64,000 nt of DNA from Octopus vulgaris (lineage: Eukaryota). The notes beneath the pieces were generated by a model that was not told the origin of the DNA, did no database searches, and was given only the letters and a program-made list of their open reading frames with translations. The position numbers and the translations under genes were made by a program. The DNA lies in assembly GCA_951406725.2 (NCBI GenBank), contig OX597819.1, positions 87,110,001 to 87,174,000 on the forward strand, given 5' to 3'. Below, piece by piece: positions 55,306 to 64,000 of this stretch (the first letter of the stretch is position 1; each line of letters starts with the position of its first letter).

Positions 55306-55376
55306 AATGGGTTGTTTTTAAAGCTTGAAACGCGTATACCGCGATATCCTTTGTGTTTTTTTTATATTTTTTGATT

Positions 55377-55417
<41 letters not shown>

Positions 55418-55519
55418 CACAGGAAGTCACTGCTCTACCTAATTACTCTCTTTGTGGTTTTGGTTAATGGAATAACTATAAAAATGAATCTTTTGAATTT
55501 AACTAAATTCTATATTTTT

Positions 55520-55609
55520 ATGCAGCTGAAGATTGCTCTACATTTTAAAACTGGTGCAATACTTGCATTGCTCAATTAAATGGACTCGCATGAAACGATC
55601 GTACTGCAT
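55520..55609 (+). ncRNA. Minimal type I hammerhead motif
   Basis: atgcag-CTGAAGA-ttgc...gcat-GAAACGATCGTA-ctgcat; perfect 6-bp stem I and a long stem II. Confidence 0.8.
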
Positions 55610-55821
55610 TACCTCTTGATATCCTTGTTGCTTATTTTGATTATAATCACCCCATTTTGAATTATATGGATAATACCATACAAAATTCTGGTGCCTTTAA
55701 TTTAAGTACCATATTCAACTGAATCTAAATTTTTACAGAACTTCTATATATATATACATACATACATACTGAGATATATGTGTGTGCGTGTGTGTAACAG
55801 AAAGAAAGAAAGAAAGAAGGA

Positions 55822-55884
<63 letters not shown>

Positions 55885-55954
55885 GAAGGAAGAAAGAAAT
55901 GGGTAAAAAAAGGAAAGAAAGCGTGTATGTGCGTCTTCTGTAAATTTTGACTAC

Positions 55955-56194
55955 CTGAATATAGATTTCAGTAACTGCATTATTTCATTTTCATTTTCAT
56001 GCCACATAGTAGCGCACGCATAAATCCTTGGATAGACTTTCTCCGTATTTCTTGTTCTTCCTTCACTCCTGTCTGAACCTTCATTTTCAACATCAATTCT
56101 TTCTTCCTCTTCCTGTGATGTGTCAGAGCGTTTGCGATCAAGTAGTAAGGTTTGTTCATAAAACACTGAGCAGTAGGTGGGAGACACAAATAAC
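55955..56194 (-). CDS. Chitin synthase exon (LFVSPTY...IYACATMWHE)
   Basis: tttcag acceptor and gtag donor, in phase with neighbours. Contains the CHS signature CATMWHE. Confidence 0.95.
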
Positions 56195-56374
56195 CTGAAA
56201 TATAGACATGAAATTAAAAACTAATATAATTCTATAAATATTTTTGTTTATTGTTTTTTTTGTTGCATAGTTTTGCTTGAAATAGATTAAAGTACCTCAG
56301 TCAAGGATACATATATGATGTGATATCACATATGAATACATACATACGTACCTATGTATGTATACATATATATA

Positions 56375-57662
56375 CGAGGGACGTTCAATAAGTAATGCCT
56401 CTGACCCACTTGCAGTTGTTTGATCTAGCTGAAATTTTGCATGTGCTATTATTTATATCTCTACAGAGTAAGTGGCAAATTACAGCTCTGAATACATTGT
56501 GGTTTCTGATTTACAGGTGTTTGAACCGAGTCAAGTGTGAAATGGAGCCTGTTGAGTGTCGAGCAGTGATCCGGTTTTTGTATTTGAAAGGACACACACC
56601 ACGGGAGACTTTTGATAAAATGAAAGTAACTTATGGTGATGATGCCCCATCATATGACCTTGTAAAACGCTGGCATCGTGAATTCAAACATGGTCGGAAC
56701 TCTGTGGAAACAGCTCCCAGATCTGGTCGCCCCTTCTGCCATTGATGAGGCATCTGTCCGTCAAGTTGAGGCTGCCATTTTGGAAGATCGGCGCATAATT
56801 ATTCGCCAAATAGCCCATGAGGTCAAGATTAGTACCGGGTCTGTGGAAACTATCATTCATGACCATTTGCATATGCAAAAGGTGTCTGCCAGATGGATTC
56901 CCAGGTTGCTCACGCCTTTCCAGAAGTAAGAACGCGTCGAGTGCTCGAGGGTGAATTTGGAGATGTGCCAAGAAGATGAGTCAAAATTTTTCAAAAGACT
57001 GATTACACAGGATGAAACCTGGGTCCATCACGATGATCCAGAGACCAAAACCCAGTCAATGCAGTGGAAGCACCGTGACTCACCCCCTCCAAAGAAGGCA
57101 AGGATGCAGCCCTCCGCTGGCAAGGTCATGCTCACAGTCTTCTGGGACCAGGACAGAGTAGTGATGACAGATTTCTTGGCAAAGGGTACCACAATTGCAG
57201 GAGCCTATTATGCTTCACTTTTGAGGAAATTAAGAGAAATTATCAAAATCAAGAGGCGGGGCAAGATCAGCAAGGCATCCTCCTCCTGCAGGACAACGCT
57301 CCGGTCCACAACTCGCTTGTCGCCAGATCAGAAGCACAGGCGTATGGCTATGAACTCCTCCCCCATCCCCCTACTTTCCTGACCTTGCACCCTCTGATTT
57401 TCACCTCTTCCCAGTCACGAAGTTGTTTTTGAAAGGAAAGCGTTTCCCAGATGATGCAGCCTTGATTTCTGAAGTCACGTTCAGGTTGAAGGACCAAGCT
57501 GGGTCTTCTACAAAAACGGTCTCCAGAGCCGTATCAAACGACGGGAGAAATGCGTAACTCTGGGTGGTTCCTATGTAGAAAAAGACTAATAACTGTGCCA
57601 AGTTTCGTTGCTCTACTGCTATGGGAAGTGGGTCAGGGGCATTACTTATTGAACGCCCCTCG
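56375..57662 (+). mobile_element. Full-length mariner (DD34D) with disrupted transposase
   Basis: TIR cgagggacgttcaataagtaatgcc / ggcattacttattgaacgcccctcg, TA flanks, 1288 bp; WIPRLL, DETWV and PDLAPSDFHLF motifs. Confidence 0.95.
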
Positions 57663-57691
57663 TATATATATATATATATATATATATAATA

Positions 57692-58109
57692 CTAGACTAG
57701 ACTACCTGTGATCCGTTGGATCACCTGGAAAGTCTGACTTTCGAAATGACGCGTAAACGGTTACTTTCCTCAGAAAAGGTAAGAGTTGGCTGCTATTTCT
57801 TGCACGTCCTGCTACCAAGTAACAGGTATTTCGGGTCCTTTATCGCAAATAGCCGTTACGTGGTAGCAGGGTGTGCTAGAAATAGCAGCCAATTCTTTGG
57901 AGCTGAGATACGTTGAATGCACTCCAAAATATTTTTGTAATGGTATTCCCTTGGGGCGATCTTTCGCTTTGACTCTCAGGACTTTCATCCAGATCAACTG
58001 GTTTTGTTCGTTAATTTCCGTAAAAAATTTATTTATTTACTTTTGTTTTAAAGTGAAAGAGGAGAGAAAGTGAAAGATGCATGAGCATGAGCATGTATAT
58101 GAAATGGAC

Positions 58110-58140
<31 letters not shown>

Positions 58141-58794
58141 TGCTACTTACACATACATGAGAACACACACGTTCAGTTACTCTCTCTCTCTCTCTCTCTC
58201 TCAAACACACACACAGCACATACACACGTACATTTAAAAAGATGTACGCATATGTATTGATGTATGTACGTATATATGACAACATACACCTTCACTCACT
58301 CTCTCTCTCTTCTTCTCTCTCTCTTTCTCTCTCTATATCGTTCTCTCTCCCTCTCTTTCACACACACACGTTCATTCCATATACACGTACATACATCTTT
58401 CACTTTAAAACAAAGGTCAATAAATAAAAAAATTACGGAAATTAACGAAAAAAATACATTAAAAGATTGTCTGTTTAAAGAACGCTAAAATATAAATATT
58501 TATTGTACAAACAACTTACATTTTTGAAATCACATTCAGTTAAAAATATTTCTAAATGATTAAAATATTGTGTACGTCAAAAAGTCGACTTTTTTTTTCT
58601 AAGAGAGCGCGAAGACTATGTCACAGATAGCAGATGTGAGTTAGTGTTAATTGACACGCCATGACATTCATTATATGTGTGTTTGAATGTATATATGAAT
58701 GTGTGTTAACGTCACGTAAGCCATGTTTTTGTTTTTTCGTCGTCAAGAAATACAATTTCTGAGATATTTCGGGTACACAAAAACATCTCTAGAG

Positions 58795-58805
<11 letters not shown>
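57692..58805 (-). mobile_element. Putative non-autonomous Helitron with internal foldback
   Basis: CTAG terminus with perfect hairpin gtgatcc-gtt-ggatcac at 57708-57724; internal inverted repeat at about 58001-58452. Confidence 0.55.
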
Positions 58806-58875
<70 letters not shown>

Positions 58876-61260
58876 TATTTGCCATTTGAATATGGCTAAC
58901 CCATAAGGGTGGATGCTACTGTAGTTTGTAGCCCCAGGAAGATATCTCCTCCAGCTGGCTATAGACACACTATCTGTGTCCTCTCAGTATTTGTGAAGGG
59001 GAGTCATCCTCCCCGTCTTCAACACATGATACACACATACCCGAGTTTCAAGGTGTTTACCTTTCATCAGCGTGTGACAATCATGGTTGTCGATGAGAAG
59101 TCAGATCCCTTCACAAATACATATACTTTTTCCAGTGTCGATTTGACACTGATATTGAAAAAGTGAAATAGGGATTTATGGCACAGAATTTTTCCGAGGG
59201 CGTAGAGAGAGGAGTTTCGGAAAATTCGCACGGTCTAGATTTTTTCCCTCATAACTTTCATGAGGATTGGTATCTTTTAAAGAAAGTTTATGCAAGTCAC
59301 TTTCAAACGGCCTAGATTACGATTATGAAGCAATTTGTGAAGAGAATTTTGTCGGGGGATTTTCCCCATTTTTTTAAAAACCACAGCCTTCGAAATGATG
59401 GGGTTGAAGGAGGGGCATCTTTGTATGAAAATGTATTGAAAACTCTTTTCTTTTAACCTGACTCCCTCATTATTCCATTCCGGACCTATTTTGACCAATG
59501 TTGGGTTTTTTGTTTTTGCATTTCAAAACCATCAGAAGAGCATTTTCGGTAAAAAAAAAGGGGGGGGTTAGCACATCCAAAAGCAACGCCCCTCATTTCT
59601 TTATCACTCTCGCATGTATGGATGTTTTTCAATATGTTCTCTCATAAATACATTTATATGCTATAAAAAAAAAATTTGAGTTAATACGAATTCTTTGCAA
59701 CCCCACTCCCTGCTCCCGATTGTTTCTGTTTAGAAATTAAAATACTGGAGAGCCTGAGGTCATTGCTGGCATTTATACACAGTGACTTAGAAAAGATTAC
59801 AGAGATGTACTTGCATAAATGTACTTGCATAGCAGCGTGGAAGGTGTTTGTAAGGCATTCAAGAACACACAAACACCGTTAGTTTCACTTCAACATTAAA
59901 ACTTCATTTGTGTCAAAATGTTTTCGTCGCTTTGAAACCGTACCCTGTTCAATGACAAAACTTCACAAAATTTCACCAAGTTCTGTCAGTAAACAGCACG
60001 CGCGCGCACATACACATTCATTGCATTTCATTTGTGTGTATGTGTATCTAAGTGTGTGCACGAGTGTATATTTGTGTGTGTGTATGTGTGTGTGCGTGTG
60101 TGTGTCACAGATGATGTCGATCGTGTAACTTGTTTGTGTATATATTGGCTTAGTGGCAGAGAGTGTTTGGAAACTGTGAATAAGGTGAAAGTTTCGAGTA
60201 CTTGTCGGTAACTTTTGTTTTTTTTTCTCCTCGTCTTCTTATAATAATTACCCAACTTTCTAGGCTCTTCTCACAGCTACACTGCGTTCAAAAATTATAC
60301 GGGTATTTTTTTAAAATTTTCATTCAATAAATAATACTTTTACATTACGTATACATTAACAGAATAAAGTGTTGGTTTTCCAAATAGCGAATTAAAACTT
60401 TAAAGAGAAAGTGAGAGATTTTTCAAATGGAAATGGAATACTCCGCAGTGAATGCAATGAATATTCAAATTTGTGAAGAATTGGACGCAGTGAATAAAAT
60501 AAATATCTGAATATTTAAATTACTTTTAGTAATTGTTACATACCTAATAAATAAGCAACTTTCTCCATTATAGTAAATATATATATATATCTTTTATTTT
60601 GCTACGATTTTTTTACCAGTGTGTTTGTTCTCTTGCACCATGCATTTGCAGCTGTTTAGACGGTTGAGGACCGACATAGATTTTTACATTGCATCACAAC
60701 CACCACCAATACGCCCAGGATCCATTGGAATATCAAACCAAAGACTTGACAACTGGAGGAATGGGGTGCTGTATCTATTTAACCCATATGTGAAAGCAAA
60801 GTTTATTTCAAGGTGACCTTCATCCGCCTTGTCACAGCGTCGTAATATAGTAATTACAGATTTTTCGAAAGGGAAATACCACCACTTAACTGCACACTTA
60901 CACTATCGCACTTGAGATTCTAAACTAAGGGTACAGTGTGAACATATTATATAAACAAAATCGATCATGAATTGCGGTGCTACACAAACAAATATAATAC
61001 TCTTCAATCTCACAAACGAGTAAAATTTAAGAAAAAAAATGACGGTGATACATTTTTAAAAGCGATAGTATTTGGTATAATGACAATTTTCCGAATAGCC
61101 ATGCAATACAGCCATACAAAGAATGAAATAAGTTCTTACTTAAATAAACAAACAAAAAATGGAAATAAAATATTCAAGCGTTTTTCTCTTTTGAAACTGC
61201 ATTAAAAGTAAATATTGTGAAAATCAAATGAGGCAGTGAATAGAAATTGTTTAAACTTAC

Positions 61261-61608
61261 TTTTCGTGACGTTCAAGACGGGAATTTTTAGGATACCAAA
61301 TATAAGAAACAATAATTTGAAAAGTTATATAAAGCATAGCTCCACAGCCCATCACAATAATCTTGTTCATTGTGAAAAACTTTGAATAATCATATACAAC
61401 AGTTTCGTCCTGTGAATCCAAAACAAAATATGCTACCACTGATGCAGGAGTCGATAGCAGTAATGGCAGAGAAAAGGAGAATCGTTGCATGCGTAATCTA
61501 CATGCCAGGTATGAAATGTAGTAGCCAAGTGCAGTGCAACAAGTCAGTAAAATTATGGCCAGCTTAGGTGAAATGAGGAGCCATTTTCCTTGGTCTAAAT
61601 CTTGGAAA
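61261..61608 (-). CDS. Chitin synthase, first exon visible in window (transmembrane region; 5' exons lie beyond 64000)
   Basis: AG acceptor at 61609-61610 and gtaagt donor at 61260. Reads FQDLDQGKWLLISPKLAIILLTCCTALGYYISYLACRLRMQRFSFSLPLLLSTPASV...YIWYPKNSRLERHE, matching the metazoan CHS pre-catalytic TM segment. Confidence 0.88.
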
Positions 61609-64000
61609 CTTTAATAGATAAGAGATAATAAATCAAAATTAGAGAACAAAATATGATTAAATATATTATATAAAATGCTAAAATATTCAAAAGAAAAAAA
61701 CATTCAAAACTATTTATTAAGGGAAATTAACACCAATTTTATAATCTTATTTTTACTGATGCATAGATTTTGCACATCAAGTTTTTAAAACAAAATATGA
61801 AGAAAGAACTGGGATTCATTAAAGGAAAAACTAAACATAACTAATTTATGTTCCTTGAAATGAGGAAAAGTATCGTACCATTAACACGTAATATATGCAC
61901 ATCCATAGAACAGTTTAATAAAATCGGAGTGGCACAAACACAGCATCTCTGCAAGTGTTGCTAAAAGCATTTGATACCGTGACCCATTCACAAACTAGAA
62001 TCCTTGAAAATCGTATTGATGATATTCGACGAAATTAATGACTTTTATAGCGTGTGTATTTTATCCAACCATAAAAAAATTTAATAGAAATTAAATTTCA
62101 AATATTTACAGTTATGTTGTGACTAAATCTAAACATCCATGCAAGTACACTAATGTCGAAAGAAGTACAGATTATGCGAGGGCAGTAAACAGTTTACAGA
62201 AACTTCTAAAACACTGAAATTGATTCTTTTTTAAAACCAATGACGGGCCCTTTGTGTAATCGCTCTACCTGCCAGAAATAACAGCCATGGCATAACTACC
62301 GTTTTAATGGGTATTAGGTAATGCAATTTTTAATGTATATATTTCAAAAGAACGAGATAACCTCAGTTCGAACTCATTTTATCATAAATCTATTCAATCA
62401 GCAGTGACGAACGGCTAAACAATATTATCAACGTTTCATGGAAGATGATTCATGGCATTGCAATTGGAAATATATTTATTTAGACGATGACATTTAGTGT
62501 AATGTGAACAAGAAATTTATTACTGTTCCAATAATGTAAACTTGCTACAGTAAACAAACGTTTCATCGTGAAGTACAACATTAAGCAGTTCGACACAAAA
62601 AAAAAATCACTAAAAGTCTGTAGCAAGTTTTAACCTAAGTGTCCATGCATGCATACTATTAAAAGGATTAGAAATGTTCTGGATTAGCGGAATGCAGAAA
62701 TATTAAGCACTTGTAAAGCTACAAAAACTGCACTTCGACAATAATGAAGAAGCAGCACCCTATAACCTATTATACTATTGATACTGATAGTAAAGAAACT
62801 ATATCATGAAAGCTAATTATTTAGGGACTTCCAAATAATCCCCTGTATATTTTACTATTTAGTGGAAACAGGCTAAAGGGAAATACTGGGAAAGTCAATG
62901 ATTACATGTCTATATAACTTCTAATGACGAGAATAGAATTAATAAGCCCAAACCGTAAATAGATTTTACAAAATATTCAAAACAATAAAATGTCTAATTA
63001 GTAGTGTACAAAGTCTACAAATTATCTTCCACTTCTCTATGATTTTTATCGACCTAACAACATTATCAATGATCAATACTCACAAAAATATAATTTGGTT
63101 GACGGATTTGATTAGGTGTCTACTAAATAACCTGTAATGCCTGAAGTAAGCTATCGCCAATGAAAGGCAGCTTAAGTGTAACGACTAAATGAAAAAGTTC
63201 TTCCTTTTATCAATCAGTCGCCTCTTCCATTAATATTGGTTTCAAATTTTTGCACAAGGCCAGCAATTTCAAGGGAAAGGCTAAGTCGATAACATCCACC
63301 ATAGTGCACAGCTGGTATTTGGTTTATCGACGCCGAAGAGATGAACGGTAAAGTCGACCTCGGCGAAATTTGAACTGAGACGAAGGTGGTGAGCTATTAG
63401 AATCGTTAGCACGCCAGACCAAATGCTTATTAGAAACAATATTTCCAGATCTTTATTTTCATAATACCACCCTATCAGCGAAATAGCTGGCTTTGTGCCA
63501 AAATTTGAAACGATAGCAGTCAAAAGGATAATCTTTATAGTTCGAAATTACGGAAACTACATCTATTGAAGCTAAGTTCTCGACTTAAGAACCAAATAAA
63601 CTTTAGTTCATGATTTGTGCACAAAGCCTCAGAAACTAGTAGCAAGGGAAAATAGTGAAACTTTTGAACCAAATCCAAAAGAATGCCAGAAAGTTCTCAT
63701 TTACTATTGAAGTAATGTAATAGGATAAAATGGCTTTATGTCTTCATTTAATAAGACTTGCTAAAGTTAGAATTCAAAATAGGAGTTACAAGAAAGCAAC
63801 CTTAAACGTTTATAAAACTATAAATAATGTTTCATATTCAGTTTTCATTTTCTCAATCGAATAAACTTACTCGGTAGATATTTGATCTTATCTCCGAATT
63901 ATGTATTTTAATTTATCAAGATTCTAACAATTTTTATTATCAAATTAAGTACCAGTCACGTACTGAAGTCGATGTAATCGGTTGTCCCCCTCTCCACAAT

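Overview
AT-rich, microsatellite-laden metazoan DNA. The two abundant tRNA-derived SINE families and the overall repeat landscape suggest an octopus genome (inference). The only host gene I can reconstruct is a chitin synthase (GT2 family) on the minus strand. Ten 3' exons run from 61608 to the stop at 18660 (about 1,066 aa in the window). They have canonical GT-AG ends, consistent phases and intact CATMWHE, LDGD, GEDRW, QRRRW and SWGTRE motifs; the 5' exons lie beyond the right edge. Introns and the downstream region are filled with mobile elements: five R4/Dong-type RLE LINEs at (TAA)n tracts, CR1-, RTE- and L1/Tx1-like fragments, Penelope-like elements, Tc1/mariner copies, Helitron-like elements, MITEs and SINEs. 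The main find is a near-identical ~483-bp tandem repeat at 24693-26531 in which each unit carries a complete type I hammerhead ribozyme. It is arranged as two head-to-head arms of 1.6 and 2.2 units inside a (TA)n tract, which is the architecture of a non-LTR retrozyme (circular-RNA retroelement). Six more hammerhead motifs, each with a distinct sequence, occur in the window; one sits behind a tRNA-like Pol III promoter. A CpG-rich, hairpin-rich island at about 16960-17310 is unexplained. All structures were paired by eye, and nothing was computed or searched.
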